From the NCBI GenBank assembly GCA_018985235.1, contig JADGIG010000009.1, positions 1-61,504 on the forward strand: a stretch of 61,504 nt of DNA. The letters are read 5' to 3'. The translations under genes and the position numbers were made by a program. The DNA is from Sanchytrium tribonematis (lineage: Eukaryota). Shown here one piece after another: positions 45,680-56,778 of the stretch; positions within the stretch are counted from its first letter, which is position 1, and each line of letters starts with the position of its first letter. Under the pieces are notes generated by a model. That model was not told where the DNA came from. It saw only the letters and a program-made list of their open reading frames with translations, and searched no databases.

Positions 45680-47311
45680 TTATTTTGGAATGGATATTGG
45701 ATGAGCTTCAGTATTTAAAACAAATTGACTAAGTGGTAAAAGATTAGGATTTACAGTCAAGAGTAAATATTTCAGAGTTTCAGCTACAAACCAACTATCT
45801 TGAGTATTTCCAATTTTTTTAGTAATGACGTTTACACTGGCATATCCAAAATCTGTTTTGCAATTGTTTTCTATGCTATTGGCTATCTCTAGATTCCATT
45901 CTTTATATTTGATATCACCGGTGATTCTATACAAATAAAAAATCGATTCTACCAATTCTGGTCGTAGTTTGTACTCCGCATCGTGTACCGAGCATTCAAA
46001 TTTTGAAGACGATGGACGACAAGTATCTGGTCCGAGTTTTGCTGGAAATGTCTGGTATAGATAATAGCATCCATGAGTAATTTTTCTACCCAGCTCTAAA
46101 TATTTATCTTTATAATCAGGAAAGGTTTGTGAAGCTAAAGTAAACATACCCCCAACAAAACAAGTCAAGTGATCAAATTCATCAGATTTGGTCGACCTGA
46201 TGAGAAACACGTCTTCATCTTTGAGCTCGTGAAGAATGAGTAGGTTTTTCTCAATTTCGGAGGCCACTTGATGGAACTTAATTTTGTAAAAATCGTTTTT
46301 AGTCAAAATAAACATCTTCAGTATATATTCATAAAACGAGTCTCCATATGCACCAATACTTATTTCTGACTGGTTCATCAGAAGCCCTGAATTAGAATCA
46401 ATAAATGCGTTATAAAGGTGATCCGATTGCTTCAAAATTCGGTCAAAAACTTCATCAGACTTTACGCTAAATGGATAATTGGGGTACAAATTTTGTTGGA
46501 TAACTTTCGATTGTTTAATCAGAGCATCTAATGCCTTAAATTCTAGTTGATGAGATCCGACTTCACTAAGTAGAGCATTTTTTGTCCAACCCTGAAAACT
46601 TCGTTCTCCAGAAACCAAGTTCATGAAAGCATATGGGACCCCATTTTGATTGCTGTAATTTTCCATCATTTTGTTTACAAATTCCGCTGCCTTCTCCAGC
46701 AGCTTATAATGATTTTCTTTTATTTCTGGCAGGCTCAAAATATCATTAAATTCAGGATTATTAAGTAAATTGTATGCACCTATCAACCCGCCTGTCACCC
46801 TTATATTCATCTCAAACATCCCAATAGACTGGTCGTGAATAATGTTACCCTTTACGACTGCATCGAATACCTTGAGTAAAATATGCTTTGATTTTTCGCT
46901 ATTTCGGGTTTTATGATACAGAATCAGAGTATCTAGCCCATCTATGGCTGTTAAAAGCATAGAGTGCTTGTAAACATTATTACTTTTACCTTCTTTAATA
47001 AAATCTCCATCGATACAACATTCTATAAAAGTTTCGAAGGAATGATCAATTAAATTTGTAATAATATCTGTTGAAACTGGTACTTGTTCAACTGGTTGGA
47101 TTTTTGGAGGAGCAATATCCTTAGGATCTTCCCTTAAATCTGAATTTTTTTCAGATAGGTTATTTTGAATCAAAGGATCTCTAACTGGTATTATTCCATC
47201 TTCGGAATCAAAAATAGCAGGCTCCACGTTAGCTATTTCAGGCGAGCCAACAAACATGTCGGCAGTGAACAATATTACCAATGCTGCCCAGAATATATAC
47301 CAGTAGATCAT
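45680..47311 (-). CDS. MNS1: GH47 class I alpha-1,2-mannosidase (type II membrane protein)
   Basis: DGLDTL, FEMNIR..GGL, GDSFYEY.LK, DHLTCF.GG, LRPELVES, ETLKYL and NTEAHP. Confidence 0.93.
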   Translation of the reverse strand: MIYWYIFWAALVILFTADMFVGSPEIANVEPAIFDSEDGIIPVRDPLIQNNLSEKNSDLREDPKDIAPPKIQPVEQVPVSTDIITNLIDHSFETFIECCIDGDFIKEGKSNNVYKHSMLLTAIDGLDTLILYHKTRNSEKSKHILLKVFDAVVKGNIIHDQSIGMFEMNIRVTGGLIGAYNLLNNPEFNDILSLPEIKENHYKLLEKAAEFVNKMMENYSNQNGVPYAFMNLVSGERSFQGWTKNALLSEVGSHQLEFKALDALIKQSKVIQQNLYPNYPFSVKSDEVFDRILKQSDHLYNAFIDSNSGLLMNQSEISIGAYGDSFYEYILKMFILTKNDFYKIKFHQVASEIEKNLLILHELKDEDVFLIRSTKSDEFDHLTCFVGGMFTLASQTFPDYKDKYLELGRKITHGCYYLYQTFPAKLGPDTCRPSSSKFECSVHDAEYKLRPELVESIFYLYRITGDIKYKEWNLEIANSIENNCKTDFGYASVNVITKKIGNTQDSWFVAETLKYLLLTVNPNLLPLSQFVLNTEAHPISIPK

Positions 47312-47516
47312 GTTTCAAGTATATTAAAAGAGATTTTGCAAATTAATGATTGAGATGTCAAGCACCTTTGAGTTAATATAATCATTATTGACACTTTAAT
47401 GATATCTAGGTCGCGTGCCTGTACCTGCCCCTCCTTGGTCACCTTTACACACGTTTCATCAAATCGCATCATCCTAATGTGGTACAATCACCCTTTGGAA
47501 ACGAACTCTGTAATTT

Positions 47517-49964
47517 ATGCTCATCTGGTGTATTTATGGCTACATAGCTGTCCAAACACAGTTATTAGAAGGATATGCGTCTAAATCAATTGGATTTGAT
47601 AAATTTACTGGAATCAGGACTGTATTTACTTCGAAAGAATTTTCAATGAACCCCAAAGTTATCATAGAGACATCAGACAATTTGAATATCATAATGGATC
47701 GCGGTAATCATATGTTAGAGGAAATTGAAATGATAAAAAATACCAATTACACATTTGTCGCAAATGCAGCGGACCGAATTTCATTTTTCGTAAAGGTGGA
47801 TAGACTCAAATTGATGGATTTGACTTACTATTATGAAGGTAAATCCTATTTGCTGCACTTGGATATGGATGTCATAGAGAAAATTAGAACGATGGAGCTG
47901 CCAACAATTATCAAAATGTTTCCAAATATTAATCATCATTTGGCATATAGCACATTAAATTTTGTAAAAAAACTATTATCCGGAGCTGTTTCTACTATAG
48001 AGAATGGAGTTTCGCATTTAATTAATTATAATAGCACTAAAACGCAAATCCAAACAATTGAAAAACGAGATATACACAAAAATTACAAAAGAATGATAGA
48101 AGTATTACATCCCAGTCATTTGATCAAGCGAGACAGTGTGTTTTCAGACATTGGTGAGTTTATTGGCAATACAACACACCAAGTTTATAAAAATTTGCAC
48201 GATGTTTTTCAATATATTGTAAAAAAGCTCGAAATCATTGGCATACATACGAGATATCTCTTATCTGTCTTAAAAGACATGTATCATTGGGAACATATCC
48301 GTAGAGTACAGCAAGTGATGGTCCATTATTGCACTATTATCAAAGATGGAATATTTGAGAGTATCGACTTTGTTGATTTGAAATTATTTGAACATTTTTC
48401 AGCTCAAAAAACTGAAATCGATAATAGTATGATTAAAAAGCAAATTTCGATTTTCGACTCAATAATGGAAGGGAAATCCATAGATCCGGTCATTGATGCA
48501 AAAGTTAAAGAATCAAGGGAGCATCAATTAGTTCATCAAGATGCTCGCTCTTCTTTCATTGATGATATGTACACTCAAAATGTAGCAAAAGCGAGTATGT
48601 CTGGAGACCCTAATATCACCGACATCCATAATTTGGGAAAGCAATTCTTTGATGAAATCAAAAATCACATTGATTTAAATGACACGAGTTTACAAGAAAT
48701 ACCGAAACGGTTTCTCAGAGCTTGGGAAGATGATACATTAAAGCATTCAGACATGAAAACAAGGCTAAAATATGTTTGGTTTACAATGTCGAGCTCAATT
48801 TTCAGTTTGAGTTCCTCGCTAGGTTCTAAAATATTTTCAGCGCTAATTAAAATTTTCAAGAACTTTGTAAAGTTATATTGGTCTATTACACATTATCAAA
48901 TACATATACCATTGGTCAGTGAATTTTTACACTATACAGTCGGACTCCCTCTTCATGCTACTATGTTGGATGCATGGACAACAATGGGGGCAATGCTTTT
49001 TACATTTACGTTTAGAATGTATAAAAATAAGTTTCCTATTTCCGAATATGATAAAAATGTACTTTTGGATGTAAAATCTCCCTATCTATTAGTCTGGGCT
49101 TGGGAAAATGACCCCATGACTGGTCCTCCTAGCAAAGATGGCTTTTACAAAAAAAGCTGTATGTTGGATTGGATGACGAAAGCTTTGACACTATGTGCTC
49201 GTTTATTTGCATATTCTGTGAGTCGAGTAGTTAAAAGACAAACAAAAATATATGTTACAGTGAGAATGTTTATGGGAACTGGTGTTCCAAAGCAAACCTT
49301 AAAGTCTAATTGGAACAAAAATCAACTTCCGTGGGTCTGGGGCATCACCAACTACATTTTCAGTTTCAACAATTTTCTGAGTGCAAACTTGAGATTTCCG
49401 TTCGATTATCTTGATACTAACGATCCAATTGCTATCAGGGAACAAATGCGTAAACCTGATCGAGACAGATGGCTTTATTGGATAATCAGATACCCAAGAA
49501 CTTTATTTTACATCATGAGGCCATTTTTAGAAGAAAGATACAGAAATACAAATCCGTTGTTGCTTGAGACTTTTAAATTTGTTGTCAACGGCGCATTAAA
49601 ATGGACAATATTGCCGAGGAATATTGTCGATCTGTACAAAGGAATAGACATAAAAGATTACCGGAGATTTTGGGCTTGGTTTTTCACTAGCACATATTGG
49701 ATAATGTCCATGTTTGGAGATATCGCAGATTTAGTAATTGCATTTTTTGACCCTTCTTATTACAAGAAAGGTGCTGGTCTCAAGTATTTACCACCTTTTC
49801 TTAGAGGTTTAACTTCAAAAAATTCGGCTGTGATCTCCAGTATAAAAGATATCAACGATTGGACCGATTTTTTGTCCAACTTTTTTTGTTTTCTTCGATA
49901 CCAAACCTACATTGGATTTGGAATGTCGGGCTGGTATGGCACAATTCGAAACGTTACATTTTAA
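47517..49964 (+). CDS. Large uncharacterised secreted or membrane protein
   Basis: 815-aa intronless ORF with a hydrophobic N-terminus and several amphipathic or hydrophobic C-terminal helices. Confidence 0.75.
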   Translation: MLIWCIYGYIAVQTQLLEGYASKSIGFDKFTGIRTVFTSKEFSMNPKVIIETSDNLNIIMDRGNHMLEEIEMIKNTNYTFVANAADRISFFVKVDRLKLMDLTYYYEGKSYLLHLDMDVIEKIRTMELPTIIKMFPNINHHLAYSTLNFVKKLLSGAVSTIENGVSHLINYNSTKTQIQTIEKRDIHKNYKRMIEVLHPSHLIKRDSVFSDIGEFIGNTTHQVYKNLHDVFQYIVKKLEIIGIHTRYLLSVLKDMYHWEHIRRVQQVMVHYCTIIKDGIFESIDFVDLKLFEHFSAQKTEIDNSMIKKQISIFDSIMEGKSIDPVIDAKVKESREHQLVHQDARSSFIDDMYTQNVAKASMSGDPNITDIHNLGKQFFDEIKNHIDLNDTSLQEIPKRFLRAWEDDTLKHSDMKTRLKYVWFTMSSSIFSLSSSLGSKIFSALIKIFKNFVKLYWSITHYQIHIPLVSEFLHYTVGLPLHATMLDAWTTMGAMLFTFTFRMYKNKFPISEYDKNVLLDVKSPYLLVWAWENDPMTGPPSKDGFYKKSCMLDWMTKALTLCARLFAYSVSRVVKRQTKIYVTVRMFMGTGVPKQTLKSNWNKNQLPWVWGITNYIFSFNNFLSANLRFPFDYLDTNDPIAIREQMRKPDRDRWLYWIIRYPRTLFYIMRPFLEERYRNTNPLLLETFKFVVNGALKWTILPRNIVDLYKGIDIKDYRRFWAWFFTSTYWIMSMFGDIADLVIAFFDPSYYKKGAGLKYLPPFLRGLTSKNSAVISSIKDINDWTDFLSNFFCFLRYQTYIGFGMSGWYGTIRNVTF

Positions 49965-49969
49965 TAAAT

Positions 49970-51766
49970 TTATTCGAGCACTTCTATTTGAAACTCATCG
50001 TTTTGCTGCACCTTTCGTTTCTTCTTTTTAAGTTTTTTGTCTTTCTTTTCACTCTTTCGTTTTGAGTTTTTGGGATTGCTTTCTTTGATAGCTTCTAAAA
50101 TTGTACCCATTTCTTTGACGGTAGTTGCAGGCGAAGGCTTCGGGATTTCGACTTCATAAACAGTTTTTTCCGGAAGACGCGGTGTTTTATCTTTTATAAT
50201 ATCTTTAAATATATTTAAATTTCGCATCTTAGAAACTTCGAGACGCCTCCATTGGTGTGGATCTCGCTTGTATGCATCAATGCTTGAAAATTTTGCAAAC
50301 TTTCTTCCAGAAGGAGACTTAACAAGTTCATTGCGAGTAGACTTAATAGATTCCATAAATTTCAATTTTCTTTGCATATCTAAATATGACCAACTCGACT
50401 CCAATACCCTACAGGCGTATCTATCCAAAACAAGATCTACTTCATTGTCGACGATGTATTTATCAAAAAAACTTAACTTAGTTTCTGTTTTAATAAACCT
50501 TGAATTAAAAAAAGAGTCAAAAGCATGAGATGCTGATTTTTCTTTTAAAAGTCTCAATTGTAGTGAGAGCTCAACATCCAACAAACTTTTTAGAATTTCC
50601 GACTTTTCAAGATCAATTTTTGATAAAATAGACTGCAATAATAAACTCCCAGCCATCTGAGGCTGTTCGGTATTAGCACATGCCAAATTAAAAAACAATC
50701 CTCCTTCGCGTTCATTTCCTATAATTATCAACGTATCAATTAACTTCGTTTGTAGCTCTGTGCTAAAATTAAGCAAAGAATCTGTAAATTTCAAGGCGGT
50801 TCCAAAGTGCGGTGTATTTAGTAAATTCCAGAAAATTTTTTCCTCCAAAATTTCGAAAAAAAGCAATTCAATTTCAGAAAACATTTCTTCTCGTATCAAC
50901 CGATTAAGCAAATGTTTCACACTAAAAGTGGCATTATCATTCGAAGCTATAGCTTTCATATTATTTTTATAAATTAGATTATAAATTTTAATTAGGTTTT
51001 CCTTGGAAACAAACGTTATAAGCTTTTCAATTAAAAAACAACTGCTATTCTTTAGAACCCATAATTTGAATGAATCCTTAATTTCGTCACAACAATTTTG
51101 CATAAATTTGTCTGCAAGATTTCGATCCAGATCGAATATATTTTGCAATAGAGAGCACAACTTCGGGTCGTCAGCCCAAGTAAAATCAACTTGTTTATAC
51201 ACTAATTCAATAATCACATTCAAATTTTCTTCATCAGATTTGCTTAAAGAAAGCATTAGTTCTCTAAGAATGTGATTTGCAAAAGGACTTTTTGTAAAAT
51301 CGTCAATTTTTTCAACTGCCAAATTTGTCACAATTTTTAAATATCTACCAACCGCCTTGGAAATATCAAATTTGACATGACTGAGTCCAAGAATCAATCC
51401 GTATATTTTTATGATACGCTGGATAGAATATGAACAGAATCGATTAAAACACAGCAATTCCAAAAGTTCGACATCGAATAATTTTTCAGATACTAAAAGT
51501 ACTTGGGTGATAGTTGAACGCTCAAGTATTTTCTCGTATAGCTTTGAACCTTTTTTATCAACTGCAATTGCAACGATGTCGTTTACAATGTATTCATATA
51601 TATTTTCTAAAAGAATATATTTTTCATCCTCAGAATCGTCCAAAAATAAATTTGAATATGGCTCTTCATCAAAATTCTCCAGAACAGCCTCTAAATATGC
51701 GCAATACTGCTCGGTATCCTTGTTTTCATATAGCGACAGGTCTGCTTTTTGAGTAAATTCGACCAT
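49970..51766 (-). CDS. NOP9: Nucleolar Pumilio-repeat protein Nop9
   Basis: Puf-like repeats (GSKLYEKIL, ANHILRE, GSLLLQ, ASHAFD, ACRVLE), DAYKRDPHQW and a Lys-rich tail. Confidence 0.8.
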   Translation of the reverse strand: MVEFTQKADLSLYENKDTEQYCAYLEAVLENFDEEPYSNLFLDDSEDEKYILLENIYEYIVNDIVAIAVDKKGSKLYEKILERSTITQVLLVSEKLFDVELLELLCFNRFCSYSIQRIIKIYGLILGLSHVKFDISKAVGRYLKIVTNLAVEKIDDFTKSPFANHILRELMLSLSKSDEENLNVIIELVYKQVDFTWADDPKLCSLLQNIFDLDRNLADKFMQNCCDEIKDSFKLWVLKNSSCFLIEKLITFVSKENLIKIYNLIYKNNMKAIASNDNATFSVKHLLNRLIREEMFSEIELLFFEILEEKIFWNLLNTPHFGTALKFTDSLLNFSTELQTKLIDTLIIIGNEREGGLFFNLACANTEQPQMAGSLLLQSILSKIDLEKSEILKSLLDVELSLQLRLLKEKSASHAFDSFFNSRFIKTETKLSFFDKYIVDNEVDLVLDRYACRVLESSWSYLDMQRKLKFMESIKSTRNELVKSPSGRKFAKFSSIDAYKRDPHQWRRLEVSKMRNLNIFKDIIKDKTPRLPEKTVYEVEIPKPSPATTVKEMGTILEAIKESNPKNSKRKSEKKDKKLKKKKRKVQQNDEFQIEVLE

Positions 51767-51797
51767 CTCCTTGCTTACTCCCTACAATTTATAATAT

Positions 51798-53378
51798 TTA
51801 TTGATTTATATTCAGTATCACTCTTCCTATTTCGTTATCGGAAATATACAAAAGTTCGCGACAATAAGATAAAATTTGCTTGATTTTTATATTGCAAGAA
51901 TTTTTTTGCCTCTTTACGGATTTACCATCTGCAGACCATATGGTTATTGGTTCGGATGCGCTTTCAATATTAGTCGGACATATAATAAATTTTTCTAGGT
52001 ATACAACAGGATGAGAATTTTTATTTTCTCCAAGATTTCTATCTGAAAATGATTTGATAACTTTCTTTTCATTTATATCTACAATTTTAATTTGATTTTT
52101 CGACACAGCGTATATGTTAAAAGTTTCATCAATCCAAACTATACTGCTTATGATATTATGTGTCATTTTAAAGTCATTGATTGGAATGATAAATGATATT
52201 TTCAAATTTTGCTCTTTATATATTCTGATTACATAATTAGAGCCCGCCGCAACCATTAAAACGTTGTTAATCTTTGCTATGGAAATGCAAGTAATAGGTT
52301 CATTACAAAAAGCTGAGCTTGAGGGATAATTTAATGAGAATATCAATTTCTGCTGTTTTACGGCAGTTGTTCGTCTCATTGAACTTGCAATCGTAGACAT
52401 CGATTGAGGAATTTTGAAACTTCTGACTGAATTATCACTAGAGCAGGAGTATATTTTTAAATTTGAGTCTAAGCACAATAAAGAATTTATAACTCTCGAA
52501 TGAAACTTCCAAACTGCCACACAATTTCCAGTAATAAAATCCCAGAGTGCAATATCAAAAGACATGTCCGTTGTTACGACAAATCTAGTGTTTTTCATGA
52601 ATTTCAAAATTGTGAACGGCCTAGAATGATAATTTTTCAATTTTAATTTCAACTGATCGAACAAATAAATTAAGAGTTCATTATTATCTTTTCGGTATCC
52701 GATAATTAAACCAATGTACGGTTCCCCATCTAAGTTTGTTGTATCAAAGCACACAGGATCACCGCAAAATTCTATCCTCGGCTTGAAAGAAATTTTTGCT
52801 TCGCTTTTTGAAACCTCCAAGTCTACTTCGTCAAACTTTGAATCCTTTCTAACCAAAATTTTTACCTTACTAATGATCAATCTACTGGCATCATATTTTA
52901 CAGGCAGTTTCTGCTTCAAAATTAGTTTTATAGTGGAATTTTGATGTTTGTCGAACAAGTTTAAGTTTGATAGATAATCCACCACCAAAGCGTTTTCAAA
53001 CAGATTTGAAGAAGTATCAAGATTTAGTAACTCGATCACTTTCATTACGCCTTCCAAAGCCTTTGATACATTATTTCGAGTAATGATGTTTGTGATGTGT
53101 TGAAATATCCATCCGACCACAGCATAGTATTCTGCACATAAATCTTGCAGCACTAATCCAAGAAGCTCTCTGGCAGAAAAGTACGGAATTTTGTCAAACC
53201 ATCTCAAAATAATAGCATTTTCAGTAATTTTACAAAATAAAATATGCAACATCAAAAAGTACCTCTCATCTGCAAAGGCTTTCCAAAACATATCCATCCA
53301 TGGGTCAGGTAAATTAGCGACAATCAAATTGCTGGATTTTTTCTCGTATTTTTGAAGATAGGCCTTCGAATAAGACAT
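51798..53378 (-). CDS. WD40-repeat protein with helical N-terminus
   Basis: HSRPFT...DIALWD and HSRVINSL...SCSSDNSVRSF. Confidence 0.7.
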   Translation of the reverse strand: MSYSKAYLQKYEKKSSNLIVANLPDPWMDMFWKAFADERYFLMLHILFCKITENAIILRWFDKIPYFSARELLGLVLQDLCAEYYAVVGWIFQHITNIITRNNVSKALEGVMKVIELLNLDTSSNLFENALVVDYLSNLNLFDKHQNSTIKLILKQKLPVKYDASRLIISKVKILVRKDSKFDEVDLEVSKSEAKISFKPRIEFCGDPVCFDTTNLDGEPYIGLIIGYRKDNNELLIYLFDQLKLKLKNYHSRPFTILKFMKNTRFVVTTDMSFDIALWDFITGNCVAVWKFHSRVINSLLCLDSNLKIYSCSSDNSVRSFKIPQSMSTIASSMRRTTAVKQQKLIFSLNYPSSSAFCNEPITCISIAKINNVLMVAAGSNYVIRIYKEQNLKISFIIPINDFKMTHNIISSIVWIDETFNIYAVSKNQIKIVDINEKKVIKSFSDRNLGENKNSHPVVYLEKFIICPTNIESASEPITIWSADGKSVKRQKNSCNIKIKQILSYCRELLYISDNEIGRVILNINQ

Positions 53379-53565
53379 GAATTCTAGTTTGAAACATAAT
53401 ATTTACAATTTACAGAAAATAGTTTGAAATTGCTGAGTACTTTCCCGCTCAGGAATGATTCAACTGAATTGCAAATATCTAATCGACGTTTCACAATGGT
53501 TATGATAAGGCATATGATTGGATTGTGACATAATAAAACTTTCATTCCAACAATTTACGGAGACG

Positions 53566-54741
53566 ATGCTTCATCAACAACATTCTTCACACAGCCATTC
53601 GAATGTTAGCAATTTTAAAATCATAGAATCTACCTTAAGAGAAGGCGAACAATTTGCCAATGCATTTTTTGATACCGCCAAAAAAGTTGAAATCGCAAAA
53701 GCTCTAGATGAATTCGGTGTTGAATATATCGAACTGACAAGTCCAGCTGCATCCCAACAATCTTTTGAAGATTGCAAAACTATTTGTAATTTAGGATTAA
53801 AGGCCAAAATTTTAACTCACATACGATGCCATATGGATGATGCAAAATTAGCACTCTCCACTGGTGTAGATGGCCTAGACGTAGTTATTGGGACTTCAAA
53901 GTTTTTGCAGGAACATTCACATGGAAAGGGAATAGAAGAAATTATCAAACAAGCTACGGAAGTCATTCAATTTATCAAATCACACAATGTGGAAGTTCGC
54001 TTTTCGACTGAAGACTCATTTCGATCAAACTTAGTTGATTTGCTTCGAGTTTATCAAACTGTTGACCGACTTGGTGTTAATCGTGTAGGTGTTGCAGACA
54101 CAGTAGGAGTTGCCACCCCACACCAAGTTTACAAACTGGTAAAAACTTTAAGAAGTGTAGTTGGCTGCGATATTGAATGCCATTTTCATAATGATACTGG
54201 TTGTGCGATTGCAAATGCTTCATCTGCTTTAGAAGCTGGAGCTACACATATTGATACATCTGTATTAGGAATAGGGGAGAGAAATGGAATCACGCCACTT
54301 GGCGGACTCGTTGCAAGAATGTATACTCTCGATCCAAGTCATGTCAAACAAAAATATAAGCTTGAAAAGCTTCGCGATGTCGAACATCTCGTTGCAGATT
54401 CAGTCGACATTAGAGTTCCGTTCAACAACTACATTACAGGATATTGTGCTTTTACTCACAAAGCCGGAATTCATGCCAAGGCTATTCTTGCAAATCCCGC
54501 CACTTATGAAATTTTGAAGCCTGAAGATTTTGGAATGCAACGTTATGTACACATTGGACACCGTTTGACAGGTTGGAATGCGGTTAAAAACAGAGCAGAG
54601 CAATTAGCATTAAATTTAAATGACGACGAGATCAAAGAAGTTACAGCTCAAATTAAAAAATTAGCAGACATTCAGCCTCAGGGTATTGAAACTGTTGACC
54701 AAATGTTGAAAGATAAACATAGTCAAAAAATAAATTCTTGA
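53566..54741 (+). CDS. LYS20: Homocitrate synthase (alpha-aminoadipate lysine pathway)
   Basis: [38 protein letters not shown] and [14 protein letters not shown]; fungal type. Confidence 0.97.
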   Translation: MLHQQHSSHSHSNVSNFKIIESTLREGEQFANAFFDTAKKVEIAKALDEFGVEYIELTSPAASQQSFEDCKTICNLGLKAKILTHIRCHMDDAKLALSTGVDGLDVVIGTSKFLQEHSHGKGIEEIIKQATEVIQFIKSHNVEVRFSTEDSFRSNLVDLLRVYQTVDRLGVNRVGVADTVGVATPHQVYKLVKTLRSVVGCDIECHFHNDTGCAIANASSALEAGATHIDTSVLGIGERNGITPLGGLVARMYTLDPSHVKQKYKLEKLRDVEHLVADSVDIRVPFNNYITGYCAFTHKAGIHAKAILANPATYEILKPEDFGMQRYVHIGHRLTGWNAVKNRAEQLALNLNDDEIKEVTAQIKKLADIQPQGIETVDQMLKDKHSQKINS

Positions 54742-54781
54742 GTTATTAGGTCACCCAGTTGTAAACTTCAATCTCCTTGTT

Positions 54782-55177
54782 ATGAGTGATAACGAAAGTA
54801 GTTCTTCGTCTGATTTGGAAATTGTAACAGGTGCTGTAAAAGAACAAGAGGAATCTAAGAAGCCACAGGAGCAGCAAAACATTGACATAAATGCAATTCC
54901 AATCTATGACGGTAAACAATTGATAGATGTTGATTTGGAAGAATTTACTGATAAACCATGGTTGAAGCCGGGCACTGATATTAGTGACTATTTTAACTAT
55001 GGATTCAACGAAGATACCTGGAAGCAATATTGTGAAAAACAGAGACAATTAAGGCAAGAATATTCTATTCAAATGCAATTTGATAGGACTAGAGACTCTG
55101 GACATCGCCCTGTCAAAAATAATCGCTACGATGATCCTAAGCGTAAGCCTTACTCCAGAAATGATTATAGAAGATGA
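54782..55177 (+). CDS. FIP1: Polyadenylation factor Fip1 (minimal)
   Basis: [28 protein letters not shown]. Confidence 0.95.
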   Translation: MSDNESSSSSDLEIVTGAVKEQEESKKPQEQQNIDINAIPIYDGKQLIDVDLEEFTDKPWLKPGTDISDYFNYGFNEDTWKQYCEKQRQLRQEYSIQMQFDRTRDSGHRPVKNNRYDDPKRKPYSRNDYRR

Positions 55178-55242
55178 TAAATTTAGGATCAACAAAATAA
55201 ATGCTGGATCTTTTTTGAAACATTCATTTTGACTGAATTTAA

Positions 55243-55829
55243 ATGTCTGACTTTCAATCCCAGCAGTACCAGAAACAATATCAATATATATTAGACCAGC
55301 TTCAGGATGCGTTTGATAAAAACTATGGTGCCGATAAAATAGAAGGACTTATAAATGAAGCCAAAGATATACAGGCACAATGTAAGATGATCAACCATAA
55401 ACTTCCAGCACCAATGAAGCAATCCTTTTTATCATTTGAATCCAGGTACCAAAATATGTCAAGACAGCAAAATAGGAATGCTCTATTAGGCAACGGTTTT
55501 GTTGAAGATGAAAACACGGCACTACTCGGAAGCAATGACCACAGCGGCCAAAAACTTCAAAATGCACACGCAATCGCGTTGGATACAGAACAGACGGGCA
55601 TTCAAACACTTCAGGAATTGAAAAGACAAAGAGAACAGTTGCAACATACCCAACAAACGGTAGTATTTTTTTGACTTAGCTTCGAACTGCTGACAGATAC
55701 GTCGATCGAGCTACTAGTAGAGTACGTCAAATGACTCAAAGAATGATGCTCAACAAAGTAGTGTCTATTGGAATTGTTGTTGTACTTGTAATTCTTATAA
55801 TCCTTATTTTATTATTAAAACTTATATAA
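55243..55829 (+). CDS. VTI1: Qb-SNARE Vti1; exons 55243-55659 and 55680-55829
   Basis: NRNALL...IALDTEQTG..TLQELKRQREQL; splicing adds the rest of the SNARE motif and the C-terminal TM anchor. Confidence 0.9.
55660..55679 (+). other. 20-nt intron GTAGTATTTTTTTGACTTAG
   Basis: Required to encode the TM anchor. Confidence 0.93.
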
Positions 55830-56190
55830 TTTCAGTCAATTTCGCGACTTCTGGCCATTTTGTTTTTATTTCTTTTGCTATTGCAGAAGTAATTTTGTTT
55901 CCCAGCATTTGTTTAGAATTATTAATAAGTACAATAGCGTTATCATCAAACTTTATCCATGAGCCATCGTTTCTCTGCCATTCTTTTCTGGTTCGAACAA
56001 CCACTGCTCGACTAACATCACCACGTTTAACTTTCAATGCACTTTTTCCCATAGGTTTTGTTTTTTGTACAACAACACTAATTTCGTCACCCACTTTTGC
56101 AAATCTTCCACTCCTAAGGGTATTCACACAGCGGGCAAGTCTGGCACCCGAATTGTCTATAACTGCACATACTGTTTGAGGCTGTATCAT
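55822..56190 (-). CDS. MRPL14: Mitochondrial ribosomal protein uL14m
   Basis: MIQ..T...VIDNSGA, GDEI.V.V, AVVVRT and IKFDDNAIVL. Confidence 0.92.
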   Translation of the reverse strand: MIQPQTVCAVIDNSGARLARCVNTLRSGRFAKVGDEISVVVQKTKPMGKSALKVKRGDVSRAVVVRTRKEWQRNDGSWIKFDDNAIVLINNSKQMLGNKITSAIAKEIKTKWPEVAKLTEII

Positions 56191-56274
56191 ACAAATCTCC
56201 TAATAATTTATTTAAATAAATAAATTTGGAAGAGCTTTATTAATTTTTATATTTTAGTGATGTCGCTTCATAAA

Positions 56275-56769
56275 TTAATCGTTGTCGATTCCAGCGAATT
56301 CGATTTCTAACGAATTCCAAATAAATTTCTTTTTCGTAGCCTTGGCAATCCTTACATGTTGCATCAGTTGCTGTACCTCCATTTCTTTCTTGTTTATCAC
56401 CAAGGCGAAAGAGTGGCAATTTTTGGGACTGCTTTTGTACAGTGCATAGTCCGCACCATAAGTAAATCCATTCAATTTGTATCCAATATATTGCTTTGTT
56501 TCAGAAACGTCTGAAATTAATTTAATATTTTTTGTTTGAAATGGTATAACATCATTAGAATAATGGAAGGGCATGTTAGAATCCCATTGAAAAATTCTAC
56601 CGATACCAATGTTCGAAAAATATGGGAAGGCAGTTTGGTTCAAAGAGCCCCAAGGCACTGATTCGGCAGCATAATCATCTGGATCATATGAAAAATTATT
56701 GCTGGTCGATGGAGAAATTGAGATTTTTGACTTTTCCTGTTGCAAATATCCACAAGAGACTTGAATCAT
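56275..56769 (-). CDS. tRNA-splicing endonuclease catalytic subunit (Sen34/Sen2-like), shortened
   Basis: G.TYGADYALY..SP...HS...V and RIAKATKK catalytic Y/H/K motifs. Confidence 0.78.
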   Translation of the reverse strand: MIQVSCGYLQQEKSKISISPSTSNNFSYDPDDYAAESVPWGSLNQTAFPYFSNIGIGRIFQWDSNMPFHYSNDVIPFQTKNIKLISDVSETKQYIGYKLNGFTYGADYALYKSSPKNCHSFALVINKKEMEVQQLMQHVRIAKATKKKFIWNSLEIEFAGIDND

Positions 56770-56778
56770 TAGCTTTGG

